64,000 nucleotides of DNA, from positions 7,626,001 to 7,690,000 of the forward strand of contig NC_083406.1 in the NCBI RefSeq assembly GCF_020745735.1, given 5' to 3'. Every line of letters starts with the position of its first letter. Positions within the stretch are counted from its first letter, which is position 1. Source of the DNA: Hemiscyllium ocellatum. Lineage: Eukaryota. The position numbers were made by a program, and so were the translations under genes. Positions 1-12,513 of this stretch are shown one piece after another. Under the pieces are notes generated by a model. The model searched no databases and had not been told where the DNA came from. It saw nothing but the letters and a program-made list of their open reading frames with translations.

Positions 1-459
1 CAAAGTCCCATGTAATGGCTACCAACAAGATGCACATCTAATGGACAGTCTCTCATTGGATCATGACAGTCCTTATGGAACAGAATCTCCAGAGACTCAC
101 TTCTATGACCCCTTTGATTGGTTTGCTGTGCTTAGCTATCCCTTCAACATTTATAACAATCTTCATAAAGACTGAAACGTGAAAAAAATTAATTCAAAAT
201 TCCATCTAATAGCTGAATGCATGTCACAAGGGATCGTGCCTTCGGGCCTTTAATGTCACAAAGATGAAAAACATCAGTTTTAAATCAGGTAACAAACATA
301 ATCCTCCTTTTCTTTTGCACAATTAAAACAAAAGTTCACAGATAAACTCTACATTGTCCTCTAAAGAAACATGAAAATGTTTCCAGAGTCTATCCAAGGT
401 AGTCTTCCTGTTTTCTTCTATTGTATTTCCTTTTCAGCCTGGAAACTCAATGTCAGAAC

Positions 460-960
460 TGTCACAGAGCATAGAAACAGGCCCTTTAGCCTACCATGTC
501 TATGCTGACCAACAAACTACAACTACATTAATTGCATTTTACCTACCCTTAGCCCACAGTCTACTATGCCCTAGCATTTTAAGCATTCATCCACATACTT
601 TAAAGATGTTGTAAGCGAACTACCTCGACCACCTTCTCAGGCAGCACGTTCCATATTTCTACAATCGTCTAGCTGAAAATATTCCCTCATTTCCACTTTA
701 GACCACCTCCTCCTCATATCAAAATTAAGCCGTCTGGTCTTAACATGCCTGCCATGGGGAAGACATTCGCCCGATCTACTTTGTTGAGACCTCTCATAAT
801 TTTGAATACCTCAATCAGATCCCTCCTCAGCTTCCTAGGTTCCACAGAAAACAAACCCAGTCTCTCTTCATATTTGAGGTTTTTCATTTGTGGCACCACC
901 CTGGTAAATCACCTCTGCACCGTCTCCAGTTCAATCACATCCTCCCAACAGTAAGGCAAC
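460..960 (-). mobile_element. CR1 LINE 3' fragment
   Basis: YEERLGLFSVEPRKLRRDLIEVFKIMRGLNKVD (ORF 714-899). Confidence 0.85.
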
Positions 961-1273
961 CAGTTCTTGATTCTAGTCAATAGGCTTCCACCTGTTTAAG
1001 ATCTTGACATTATTTCTCATGTAAGATGCCAGAAATTATCACAATTTTTCAGCTTGGCATCAGCAATTGATTCATAAAACTTTAGTTTAATCTTTTTTTA
1101 TACTATGTGCCTTTATTGATAAAGCTCTGACTTCTATATTTTTCTTCAACAGGTTTATGAACTTGACAGAACTGTTTTATTCCTGAAAGCCAATTAGTGA
1201 AGGATATAACTGGAATCAATATTTTCACAGTTATGTTTATTTACAGAAGTACATTGTACAAGCATAGGATTCC

Positions 1274-1850
1274 AGTCCAAGATGGCGGCAGGTTAGAATG
1301 CTCCAGCTGGAACTCCTCTGCTCCAACCATTCTTTTGCTGCTTTCTTTCCATCTTCCAACTGTCTACTTACTCGGAGGGGAATGGAGAAAGTGATTCCCG
1401 CTTCAGAGGCTGATACAGGAGGCAGGGCCCAGAGGAGAGTCACGGACCGGAGGGTGTAGCGGAGAGGGAAGTCCCTGCCCAGAGGGCACAGTGGAGAGGG
1501 CGTAGCAGTGAGGGGCGTACCGGCCCGGAGGGCGTAGTGGGGAGGGCATCCCAGACCGGAGGGCGTAGCGGGGAGGGAGCCCCTTACAGACTGGAGGTGA
1601 GACCTCGAGTTTTGAAGTCCAGTGCGGTGTGGAGGCTCAGTGCTGGCACAGACGGGGGCGAAAGGACTGTCAATAGAGTACTTTTTTTCCCCTCTATGTT
1701 ATACTTTTATTTATTACTTTTTCAATTCTGTACCAATTACTTAACTACCTGTACCTAGGTATCTTGTACCTCAGATGGCACAATTAGCAGTGATATTGCA
1801 AACTTTTCACTGCACACATTCAAGTCTGTGACAACAAAGCTAACTCTAAC
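1274..1850 (+). mobile_element. non-coding element with YY1-like 5' end, internal G-rich repeats and Rex1/Babar-type tail
   Basis: Starts CCAAGATGGCGGC; ~31-nt repeats at 1447-1590; ends ACTTTTCACTG...GTGACAACAAA. Confidence 0.6.
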
Positions 1851-2261
1851 CTCTGTACCTAATGACCAAAGTTCAGTATCTACCTACCTATCAGCAGGGG
1901 CTCAAGTCAGTCACCAGTTAATGCCCACCACTTGCATATTGTTAAATATAATTAATATGCAACTGACAATGGCATATTCAAAGTTTTGTGCATGCACCTC
2001 ATAAGCCTCTTTAATTCCAAACTCTTTAACATTGTATTGTTGATTTTATATCATCTCTGCTCATTCTTGCTCAGACGAAGGGGACAATTTATTTTGTCTT
2101 GTCACATTTTTCATTGAAGTAACTTCATTCATTTCCTTGTATTCCAAGGTTATCTTTTCAACCTCTTGTTTTTGTTACCTTTCTTGCTATTGGTGCAGGA
2201 CGTCTTGCTGTTGATTGCAATGGTACGAAAGAGAATGAGTACAAAAAGAGAACAAACCAAC

Positions 2262-2433
2262 CTGAAAGTGTGATGTCCGTTCCAATAACTTGCTCTTCGG
2301 CAACATCCAGTGAGCTGTCATTAATCATTCCATTAGTTTCCTCATCACAAGCAAGACCAGAATAGTCTTGCAGCAGGTTTGCATTGGGTACTTGCTCCAC
2401 AATGACAGCAGGGAAAATACAAGAACCACCAAG
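2262..2433 (-). CDS. ELF1: ELF1 second coding exon (acidic transactivation region)
   Basis: Acceptor ttttcttccctgcAG at 2434-2435 and donor G|GTTGGT at 2261; 172 nt, phase 0 to 1. Translation LGGSCIFPAVIVEQVPNANLLQDYSGLACDEETNGMINDSSLDVAEEQVIGTDITLS aligns with ELF1 LGDPAIFPAVIVEHVPGADILNSYAGLAC...SSLDVAEEEII...DITLT and is in frame with the 21879-21950 exon. Confidence 0.95.
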
Positions 2434-4355
2434 CTGCAGGGAAGAAAATTACAAATGAGTTGTATAGTTAGAAGTTTAAATCCATCCTTATCATTATGGA
2501 AAAGGCTGTAGGAATGCACAGGCTGCCTAAAAATAGTTCCAATAAAAATTGCTCATAGTGGGCTAGCAGGGTCAGCCAGTGTAATACAATCCTACCAATA
2601 CTACAGCTCCAGTAAGAGGTCATTTGTCCTCAGATTTATGGTTCTGCTGTCTCCACAATAGAAAATCCAGGCACTAAAGATCCCTTCTACTAAAAAGTTA
2701 AACAGTTACAGTCTAAAATATAGTGCACACTCTAAACATTGTGCTGTAATACTAGTCACTGTTACCACGTGAACTTCAATGTCAAATGACTATATCTATG
2801 AAGCCAACTGTTGTTAAGATAAGAAACATTCCTACTTTAGAGCCAATGGGGACTCAAACACCCATTCAGTCTTTAGTTAAGAGGTCAGAAATATATTCCA
2901 GTTTCAGAACCATTCCTTCTCCTAATGTATCATATTAGGTCTTAAAACAAATTGCTTTCTAACTTGTAAGGCTGAACTGAAGAGTCATTTTTAAAAACTT
3001 TTGCAGTGGAAATAAAATAATTATGCTCCTCTGTAAAAATGTTTTAGTCTATTGTAATCACACTCTAACATTCAAATTTGATAACTAATTAACATCTTAT
3101 CTCTGCTATGAAATCAATATTTATTTGAGAATGTGTACACAGTAATAAAATGTCAAAGAGGATACATACCCTGAAGTCAGAAATAAAATTCAGACTAAAG
3201 TTCCATTTAATGAATGGTCAGAAAAACAGACAACAATACTTTGGGAGAAATAAGATTTCAGGAGAGGGGGCAGGTGCACTTCAGCTTCTCTTGTTTATGG
3301 TTTGAAACAAGAGAGCTTATTGAAGTTGTTTCAACTGTGGCACATGTCAGAAGGGAGAGCATTTATTTCCCACTACAGAGATTTGAGTGCCAAGTCTAGG
3401 CTTACATTCCTTGATACTAGACTGGAGTGTCAGCCCAGATTACATCTTCAACTTGCTGCTTCAAAAGGTTGTTATAACGTTGGAATTGCTATGTTTTGGA
3501 GGAGGTTTAAACCAGGATTTCATCTCAATTGGATACAACAAATCCTATGAACACTCCAGCTGACATCACTGAACAGATATTCTGGTCATTATCTGTTGTT
3601 TCTGGGGGCTTCCTGTGCACGAATTGGTGAATGTTACACAGACAATTAAAGCTTAAAAGTAATTGTGGCTGTAAAACATTCGAGGCATCTCGGAGATTAT
3701 GAAAGGGCTAATATAATTGCAATAGAAATGAAAAAAGGCTGGAAAAACTCAACATTTGCAGCGAGAAACAGAAAATGTGTTTCAGGTCAATAATCTTTCA
3801 TCAGGACTGCAAGTCTTTGATTTAGAAAATTGTCCCAACAACACTGTCATGTCAACTGTTTGTGTTCAGCAAAAGAAATACTGCTGACTTGGCATTCTGT
3901 TTGTGGCGTTGCTTTCACATTGCTGACTACCAACTTGGTACTAAAATTGCCAGAAATCATGGCATACAAAGTTTTATTTTTCTAAACAATGCCACAAACT
4001 ATAATACTTCCACAAGAACACCAATACAACCTGAATGCACACGCACTTGAACAAAGGCTTCTGCAATACATCAACAAAGGATATTTGTATTCATTTAAAA
4101 ACTCTTTAAAATGGAGGTTCAAGAACACTCCCAGTTCCATCATTCCAATACTGACGTCAAAAATGGGTATATTCTCAGGTAGAATGTGATTCTTCATCAA
4201 ATTTTGTTTGGATGACAAAAATATCATCTCCCAAATCATACTTTACTCTCTAAAATCTATATCTGATTCTGTTTGGAAGAGTTTTCCAAAAAGCTGCTTT
4301 TTAAAAAATATGTTGTAGTTACCTGTGACTATACAAATACAAACATTATGTGGAC

Positions 4356-4530
4356 TTACCAGTGTTGAATTGGGATGGACAAGCTCAGAAGTCACACAAC
4401 ACCAGGTTATAATCCAATGGTTTATTTGAAATCTCAAGATTTCGGAGCGCTATTCCTTAATCAGATGGAGTGCTGACTTGTGATTTCAAATAAACCCACT
4501 GGACTATAACTAGTGTCATGTGACTTCTGA
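4356..4530. mobile_element. family-B inverted cassette
   Basis: CACACAACACCAGGTTATAATCCAA...TTTCGGAGCGCTATTCCTTAATCAG followed by inverted AAATAAACC..TGGACTATAAC. Confidence 0.75.
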
Positions 4531-6387
4531 CCAAATGCAAAAATGATGAATACAAAACCAAAGACAAATTTAAAAACAAATTTAAGGAAAAATAATACTG
4601 GTTGAAGAGATTTGATGTTAAAATTGCTAAACAAACTCTTCATAGCTCACTGAAGATGAATAAAGAATAAGTTAGAACACCAAACTATTACAATGCTACG
4701 AGTGTCAGCAAATGAAGTCACCTTTGAAACACTGAAAATCTGTCCCCCAAGAACAGCGTTCAACTTATATACATGGTATAAAATGAAACCTCAGAATGGC
4801 TGTGGGTGAAAATGTAATGTTTAAAAAAAATGGGCATAGCTTAATCCAAGTAATATTACCTCTAATACCTGGGTCGATCCTTAACATTCAGTTATAATGT
4901 AGCGCAAAAGCTGCATTAGTGAGGCTGCCTTCTCCTGTATGTTTAGCATATCAAGGCTGACAAAGGGGCCATTTGTAAGCTTGGTATATCTAAAAAAAAA
5001 TGACTATGGGGCCAGAGAAATCTTAGATGTGGCAATTTAAAATCATACCCATAAGAAATGTATAATACAGTGTCTTTATAACAGTTAATTTCTCCACTAG
5101 CTTACAAATAAAGCTGTCAAGATTCATTTCAATTCTTTGAAAGTTCAATTGTGCCCAAAAGGGATTGCAATGTACAATTATTGTCCCATCTGTTCAAAGC
5201 ATTCCAAGCAGAACACAAATTTTGTACTGCCTGCTCGTTTATATTGTATGTCGATGTAGCACAGTGTTAAGCACAACACTGAGTGACTACATACCTGCCA
5301 CCACTTACAGCTAGTGTGCACCACTTAAATCAGCTTGTACCTGGTCAAGTTTACGTGGAGCAACCACTGGAAGTAGCTGGGGACGATTCACTTACAAAAG
5401 AGTACAAACAGCACCTCAAAGCAAATTCTGATACAGCACAGAAGGGGGAAAAACAGGAGGAGTTAGGTCATCTTACCAGAAGGCTCTCCAGCAATAAGTA
5501 CGAGAACACAGATAGCCATGGAGATTAACACTAACAGTATCACCTGAAGGACTTTTTGAATGCAGCGTCAACAGAAGGTCAATAACTTAATCAGTGATCA
5601 GCGAATAAGTCTTCAAATGGCATTATCTTACAATTAAGCCATTAGTTTCACACACTGTTCGACGATCTTGATCAATCATAACCCCTTATTTAATACTCAT
5701 TGCTTTTCTGGGAAATGATAAATGGGCAGTTGGTCACATTGGTAATGCTCACATCCCATGGATGAAGAAAAACAAATCTCATCCAGTTGGCACTGTTTCT
5801 AGCCTCATGCATGAACACAATTAGTTATGTGACCATCACAGCTAGACCACCCAAACAAATTGCGCGCCACTCAATGACACATTCCAGCTCTTTCACAGGA
5901 CCATGGGGCACATAATCAGAGGTAGTATGAGTGGCTTACTGGTGGGAAATGAGCTTGCCAGCATGCCTTCACTCTCCAATAGAAGACAGCGTAGTCACCA
6001 CAATTAGTGAAGCCATTGCTGATGTTGGCATTGGAAGTTTGATGTGTTATGTCCCTGCCTAACCCAACTTCCTACATTCCATTTTCCTCTCATCCCAAAG
6101 TTGTTGATGATGTAACAATGCAAATGATGTCAGCATGCAATTCTTATTTCCACCAGCCTGTCACCATCAGCCTCCCCTTGGCATTTCTCCTTTCAGTTAT
6201 CAAAAATCTCCCCTCGGGTCAGGTGGTGATGCAGCAGAGTGAACACTAAGAGGATACTGTCACTCTATTTCACACTGTACAGTAATCAGCTCACCTACAG
6301 ACAACGTACATACTTCACAATTTGGTGCAGAAACAGGAACCAAATGTGCAGATATCAGTACCCACCGAACAAAGCAGGAGAAAAGGA

Positions 6388-6587
6388 TGGGTTTCCTCCC
6401 ATAATCCAAAGATGTGCAGGTTAGGTGAATTGGCCATGCTAAATTGCCCGTAGTGTTTACGGATGTGTAGGTTAGGTGCATTAGTCAGGGGTACATGTAG
6501 AGTAACAGGGTAGGGGAATGGGTTTGGGTGGGATACTCTTGTTGGTCTGAAGGGCCTGTTTCCACACTGTAGGGATTCTATGGATTC
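6388..6587 (+). mobile_element. HE1-type SINE, 5'-truncated
   Basis: CCAAAGATGTGCAGGTTAGGTGAATTGGCCATGCTAAATTGCCC...CTGTAGGGATTCTA. Confidence 0.85.
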
Positions 6588-6725
6588 CGTGAATATGTCA
6601 GCTCCTTAGAGAGTGCAGCTATCTGTGATGTTAGATGCAGAGGACTGAGATGGGGTTGTAGTGGGATGGTGTTCAGAAGAATGTTGATGAGCACGTACAC
6701 ACAGAAATATTTGACGTGTTGAACA

Positions 6726-7030
6726 AACAAAGCCCAAAGAATTGCAGATGTTGGAAATCAGAAATAAAGACAGAAGCAATTGCTGGGAAAACTCAGCAGA
6801 TTTGGCAGTACCTGTGTAGAGAAAGCAAAGTTAACATTTCAGTTCCAGTGACCCTTCTTCAGAAACATTCAGAGCCAGGTGTGAGACTTTTCTTTAAGAG
6901 GGATTTGGAGTGGGGTACATAGAAATTGGAGTCCAATGAGATGCTTACAGACAGTCTGGCTGGATCCTTACTGTACCATGCCACCAGAATTGTCGAGATT
7001 TTCCAGTAATTGCTGTTTTGGTTTCAGATT
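6726..7030. mobile_element. family-C inverted cassette
   Basis: 6726-6865 matches the 8927-9027 terminus; inverted partial copy at 6977-7030; hammerhead-like core on minus strand at 6833-6862. Confidence 0.75.
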
Positions 7031-7031
7031 T

Positions 7032-7350
7032 AGGGCGGCCCTGTGGCTTGGTGCAAAAAAACTGCTGCCTCACAGCACTGAGGACTTGGGTTCAATTCCA
7101 GCCTCGGGCAACTGTCCGTGTGGATTTTGTACATTCTCCCCGTGTCTGTGTGGGTTTCCTCCGAGTGCTCCGGTTTCCTCCCACAGTCCAGAGATGTGCA
7201 GGTTAGGTGAATTGGCCATGCTAAATTGCTTGCAGTGCTCACGGATGTGTCGGTTTGGGGCATTAGTCAGGGATAAATACAGGTGATAGGGTAGGGAATT
7301 GGGTCTGGGTGGGTTATTCTCCAGAGGGTCGATATGGACTTATTGGTCCG
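7032..7350 (+). mobile_element. HE1-type SINE
   Basis: High similarity to 29849-30160. Confidence 0.88.
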
Positions 7351-8330
7351 AAGTATCCCTACAGTCTGGAAACAGGTCCTAATTCCAATTTCCAGCAACT
7401 ACAGTTCTCTCAGATATTTTTCCTTACTTCCCGTCCCTTCTTCATGATCCATTCCACCCCCTTCTCCTTTTCCTAAGGTTCTAACTAAGTTTATCATGAA
7501 ACCTCATGATGGTCAGGTTGTGGAGGGTGTGACAGATCAGCGTGAAGAGACGCACATACTCCAGCGACCATAGGAGAACTCATTCAGAAAGACTGTAGCT
7601 TCAGCATTCTAGTCACATACTAAACAATATTTCTCAGAACAACATGGCTCTCATTGTCTCAAAGCTAGGAGCAGAAGTAGACCAATTGGCTTTTTGAGTC
7701 GATCCTGCCATTCAATATGATCACGATTGAGGCTGTGTGTCAACACCACATTCCCGCTTTCTCTCCATTGCCCTTGGTGCCTTTTATATCTAATCATTCT
7801 TAATCTCTTGAATATATTCAGTGACTTGGCCTCCACGGCTTTCTGTGATGGAAAATTCCACAGGTTCATCACCTTCTGAGTGAATAAAGGATTCCTCTTC
7901 TCAGTCCTAAATGGCCTACCTCATATCCTGAGACTGTGACAGCTGGCTCTAGACTCCCTATTTTCGGGAGAAAAATCCTTCCTGCATCTCATCTGTCTAA
8001 TCCTGTTTGAAACATAGAATATTCTATTAGATCTCCTCTCGTTCTTCTAAACCCAAGACTCAGTCAAACCAATCTCTTCTCAAAGCTGGGTTAGCAGGAC
8101 TGGACTAACCACTGCTGCACTCCTTCGATGGCAAGCAGAATCTTTCTTGCATCGGGAAGCCAAAACTGCACACAATACTCCAGATGTGTTCTGACCAAGG
8201 CCCTGTATAATTCCAGCAAGGAATCCCTGCTGTAAACTCAAGTCCTCCTGCAATGAAGGTCAGTTTACCATGTGCTTCCCTAATTACTTGCTGCACCTGC
8301 TTACCTTCACTGACTGGGATACAAGGACAT

Positions 8331-8459
8331 TCCTGATGAAGGGCTTATGCCCAAAACGTCGACTCTCCTATTCCTCGGATGCTGCCTGATTTGCTGTGCT
8401 TTTCTAGCGCCACTCCCTTCGACTCTGATCTCCAGCATCTGCAGTCCTCACTTTCTCCT
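8331..8459 (+). mobile_element. family-A PLE terminal repeat (single copy) inside CR1
   Basis: CTGATGAAGGGCTTATGCCCAAAACGTCGA...CAGCATCTGCAGTCCTCACTTTCT; degenerate flanking direct repeat ACAAgGACAT/ACAAtGACAT. Confidence 0.8.
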
Positions 8460-8594
8460 GGTACACAATGACATCCGGGTCACTTTGTATATCTACATTT
8501 CCTCCTTGTAATCACCAGTTCAGTAATACTGTCTTGTTGCTTTCCCAGACCATTGTGTATAACTTCATATTTATCCATATTATACTTTATCTGT

Positions 8595-8760
8595 AAAAAA
8601 AAACACACAACACTGGGTTACAGTCCAACAGGTTTATTTGGAGGCACTAACTTTCAAAGCATGCAAGCTGCTGCCTCCAAAAGACCCATTGGACTATAAC
8701 CTGGTGATGTGAGATTTTTAACTTTGTCCACCCAAGTCCAACCCTGGCTCCTCCAAATCA
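8595..8760. mobile_element. family-B inverted cassette
   Basis: CACACAACACTGGGTTACAGTCCAACAGG with inverted TTGGACTATAACCTGGTGATGTGAG. Confidence 0.75.
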
Positions 8761-8926
8761 TATTTCATTTACCATCTGGTTGCCCACTCACAGATTGTCT
8801 AAATCACCCTGAAACTGCCTCACAACCTCAATTAATTTTGTGTTGTCAGCAAATTTGGAAATGTTACCTTTGGTGCATCATGAACAGCTAGGGCCCAACA
8901 AACAATCTCTGCAGTATATTATTAAT

Positions 8927-10650
8927 TGTAAAAACAGAAATTGCTGGAGAAATTCAGCAGGTTTGGCAGCATTTTTGGAGAGAAAGCAGAGTTAATGTTT
9001 CAGATCCAGTGACCTTTTATTTCAGAACAATTTGTAGTGAGGAGAAGGTTGGTACTTATGCAGAAGATAGGGAGGGCAGGATGGGAGGAGATGAAGCCCA
9101 GAGACAGAGAGAGAAACAGCCGGGCAAACAAAGGAATGGGTGAAGGTCAGCCAGGGAGAATCAGTAGCTGCTAATGGCGACCATTATTAGCTGACAATGG
9201 GTTGTGTGTGGTAGCTGCCCATGTGATGTCAAGGCCTGGTGTGTGGAGTTGGGTTAAGGACATGGGAGGTGTTCAGATCCTGAAGTTACGGAACTTGATA
9301 GAGTCCAGAAGGTTGCAGGGTCCCCAAGTGGCAAATGAGGAAGCTGTTCTTCCTGCAGAAAGCTTTACTGCAGCACTGTAACGAGCCTAAGACAGAGATG
9401 TTGGCCAGGAAACAGGGTGAGGTGTTAAAGTAGCAGGCAACTGGAAGCTCAGGGTTATATTTGTGGGCATTGCGGAGTTGTTCTGTGAAGTGGTCTCCCA
9501 GTCTACGCTTCATTTCCCCAGTGCAGAGGAGACCACATTGTGAGCAGCGAATGCAACAGCCCAGATTGTATGAAGCGCAGGTAAAGTGCTGCTTCACCTG
9601 GAAGGTAAGTTTGGGCCATTTGGATTCTGAGGAGGGAGGAGGGAAATGGGCAAGTGTTACACCTTTGGCAGTTGTAGGGGATGGTGGCATGGGGCTGTGG
9701 AGGGGGTGTTGGGATGAAGGAGGAGTGGACCAGGGTGTCCCAAAAGGAATAAACACTACAGATATATAGGTATTTTTGGCTGGTATTAGCATCTTGCTGG
9801 AGGTAGCAGTAAGCAGTGGCTAATGCTCCATTAGATATAGATGTTTTTGGGGTGAAAAGTGAAAACTAGGGGTCCCTATTGCTGTTATGGAAGGGAAAGA
9901 GGGGTGAAGGCTGAAGTGTGGCTCATGGAGAGGCATGAGGGCTCTGTCAACCATTGTGGGGAATCTTCAGCTGAGGAAGAAGGTGGACATTTCAGAGGGG
10001 GCATCACCAGAATACAGATGTGATAGAGACGGAGGAACCGAGAGGACGGAACAGAGTCTTTACAGGAAGCAGAGTGAGGATGTATCGTCAAGGTAACTGT
10101 AGGAGTCAGGTTTGTAGTGGATAGTGGTGGCCAGCCTATCCCAGAAATAGAAACAGAGATGTTGAGGAAGGGAAGGGAGGAGTTGAGTCAAAAGACGGAC
10201 CAGACAAAGGTGACAGCAGGGTGGAAATTGGAAGTGAAAAATCAATAAACTTTTCCAATTACAGATGAGAGAGGGAAGCACCACCGATCATATCATCAAT
10301 ATACCAGACACAGAATTATGGGTGGGGGCTAGAATAGCACTGGAACAAGGAATGTTGCATGTACTCCACAAAGAGACAAGCACAATGGGGACCGATGTTG
10401 GTACCCATGGCCACCCCTTTGACCTGAAGAAAGTGGGAGAAGTTAAAAGAGAAGTTGTTCAGAGGGAGGATAACTTGGACCAGGTGGAGGAGGGTAATGG
10501 TGAGTGGGGACTGCGTGACCCTGAACTGAGTTCTGAGGAAGGGTCACCGGATCCAAAATATTAACTCTGATTTCTCTTCACAGATGCTGCCAGACCTGCT
10601 GAGCTTTTCCAACAATTTCTGTTTTTGGTTTATGATTTACAGCATCCAGT
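8927..10650 (-). mobile_element. 5'-truncated Penelope-like element (Neptune-type RT + GIY-YIG), decayed, flanked by inverted family-C terminal repeats
   Basis: Minus-strand motifs SHFLQVKGVAMGT (~10400-10440), WYIDD (YIDD at 10292-10303), TTIHYKP.SYSYLD, HSASCKDSVP..FLRL, and GIY-YIG-like FTCASYNLGCCIRCSQCGLLCTGEMKRRLGDHF...LPVACYFN (ORF 9286-9792). Terminal repeat at 8927-9027 with an inverted copy at 10528-10650. Confidence 0.88.
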
Positions 10651-11455
10651 TCTTTCAGTTTACACTTATTCTCACATTCTGCTGCCTATCTGCCAACTAA
10701 TTCTCAATCCATGTATGTATTACCCCCTATACTGTGTGCTTTAATTACACCCACTAGTTTCTTCTGGCACCAAGAAACACGGTCACCGCTTTGAGGTAGA
10801 AATCAATTTTGAACTGGGCTAAGTTACATACAACACCTGCTCCAGCTGGGAAAGGTCCAAACACACAGAACCATGTTCATAGACACTGGTAGCGCTGGGT
10901 GTCTTTCACCTGCACTGAGGCTGTGCATCTGTTTTTGAGGCGACAGTGTGCTTCCTTCCGAAAATGCAGGTCATGATGTACACAGTGCTCAGGTCTTAGA
11001 AGGGACTAACAGCAGTGTTCCCAAAAAACACACCTTCAGGCAAAGTCTTGTTCAGAGAGAGTTCTTTTTTTCTCTCTTCTCCTCCTCCTCCCTCTGCAAG
11101 CAACTTGGTCGCTTCTCTGCAGCCCACGTTCCATCTGCCTCTCAATCCAATTGCAACTACGAATGTGCTGATAGAAAACAAGTACAACCCAAACAACCAG
11201 TCACAACTGGGGCATGGTTCAGGTTCAGCATGACTCCCTCATCTTCACGATCTTTAAAGCACTCAGCGCTACCACAAGCTCAAACACAGCCAGTGGAGAA
11301 CAATTCCTCACTAACCTGGGAGTTGTTCATGGGGAGTCCTCCCTGCTTTTTTTTCCCAAGAGCAGAAAAGTAGCTCTGTTGATGGTTCAACTATCTTTAC
11401 ACACATGAACGGTAAGTCTGTCCAGTCAAGGTTGTCAGCTGAAAGCCTCAACTAA

Positions 11456-11560
11456 GGATCTCCTGTGGGACAGTGGTAATGTCCCTATCCCTGGGCTAGG
11501 AAGCCTTGGTTCAAGTCCCAGCTGCTCCAGAAGTGAGTCATAACACGCCTGAACAGGTCG
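11456..11560 (+). mobile_element. second short tRNA-like SINE family
   Basis: A box TGGGACAGTGG and B box GGTTCAAGTCC; related minus-strand pieces at ~14095-14140, 14850-14915 plus 15437-15478, and ~42205-42258. Confidence 0.6.
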
Positions 11561-12038
11561 ATTATAAATAGGTAAAGCCTCCACCAAGGGAACATTTAGG
11601 AAGATGAATTAAAGTATTTAGTCAGCTACTTTGGAATGGGTTTTGTAATGAAATGTCCTTTCCCCCAGTATGTTTTAAACCAGCAAAAGTCTTCTCAGCA
11701 TATAGCATCTATGATAGCAGATCCAACTTTGTTTTCAAAAAGTTTACCAATATCAGCACTCCGAATATTAACTTAAAAATTTTAAAATATAGTTAACTTC
11801 GTGCAGTCTATTGAGGACAAAGTTAGAAGATTATTCCTTTTTAAAATTGTTTCTGAATATTTTATTGAAATAAACAATTCATAATTACGTATTGATACAT
11901 GCTATGTTATAGAACAAAGACAGTTATAACATGAACAGCCACATTAAATATATACACAATGTTTAAAATCCATCTTAAAAACAATTGCTATTTAATAAAA
12001 CAGGTTCAAAGAAAGCTATATTCACAACCAAGTATAAA

Positions 12039-12059
12039 TGTGTGTGTGTGTGTGTGTGT
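12039..12059 (+). repeat. (TG)n microsatellite
   Basis: Direct observation. Confidence 0.95.
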
Positions 12060-12513
12060 TGTCCATTAAACCTTATGATTTTTCCTTCGTCTTACACTTT
12101 TCTACAAACTTAATTTTATTAGTTTCTTAACAGGTGCCTTCATTATCATTAAAGGTGTTAATTAACTTAATATGAATGAATCTTTTCATGAAATTGATCT
12201 CTTCCTATGCAGCTGCAGCTTCAAGGTTCAAACAAAATGAATGCTGGCATCATCTCAGTGTTACACATGAACGTTATAATCTATCCACGCTGCATACTTT
12301 CAGCACGTAATCCTCAAATAAATACGAACACCCCCACCCCCCCAACCCCACCCCCACAAAGATGACATTTGGTGCAAGCCACGATGGGAAGAAATGTCGA
12401 GCAAAGGACACTTACAGCACCAAAACAGTGAGTACTGCGGAGACCAATTTTACAACAATTATACTTTATGACATTTGTTGAATGGCTGGCTTTGGTATTC
12501 TTCCATTAACTTT

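Larger units (their letters stand above)
7655..8900 (-). mobile_element. CR1 LINE fragment interrupted by family-A and family-B cassettes
   Basis: NLWNFPSQKAVEAKSLNIFK; frameshifted LVRxHLEYCVQFW region at ~8160-8200. Confidence 0.8.

Noticed and set aside
1447-1590. CRISPR-like array
   Set aside because: Degenerate tandem minisatellite without unique spacers, in a vertebrate repeat.
1-2261. Next ELF1 exon (VEAS...ETIEAAEALL)
   Set aside because: No matching minus-strand sequence found; it presumably lies left of the window.
2158-2400. 80-aa ORF as a standalone gene
   Set aside because: It is the ELF1 exon read through its splice donor into intron.
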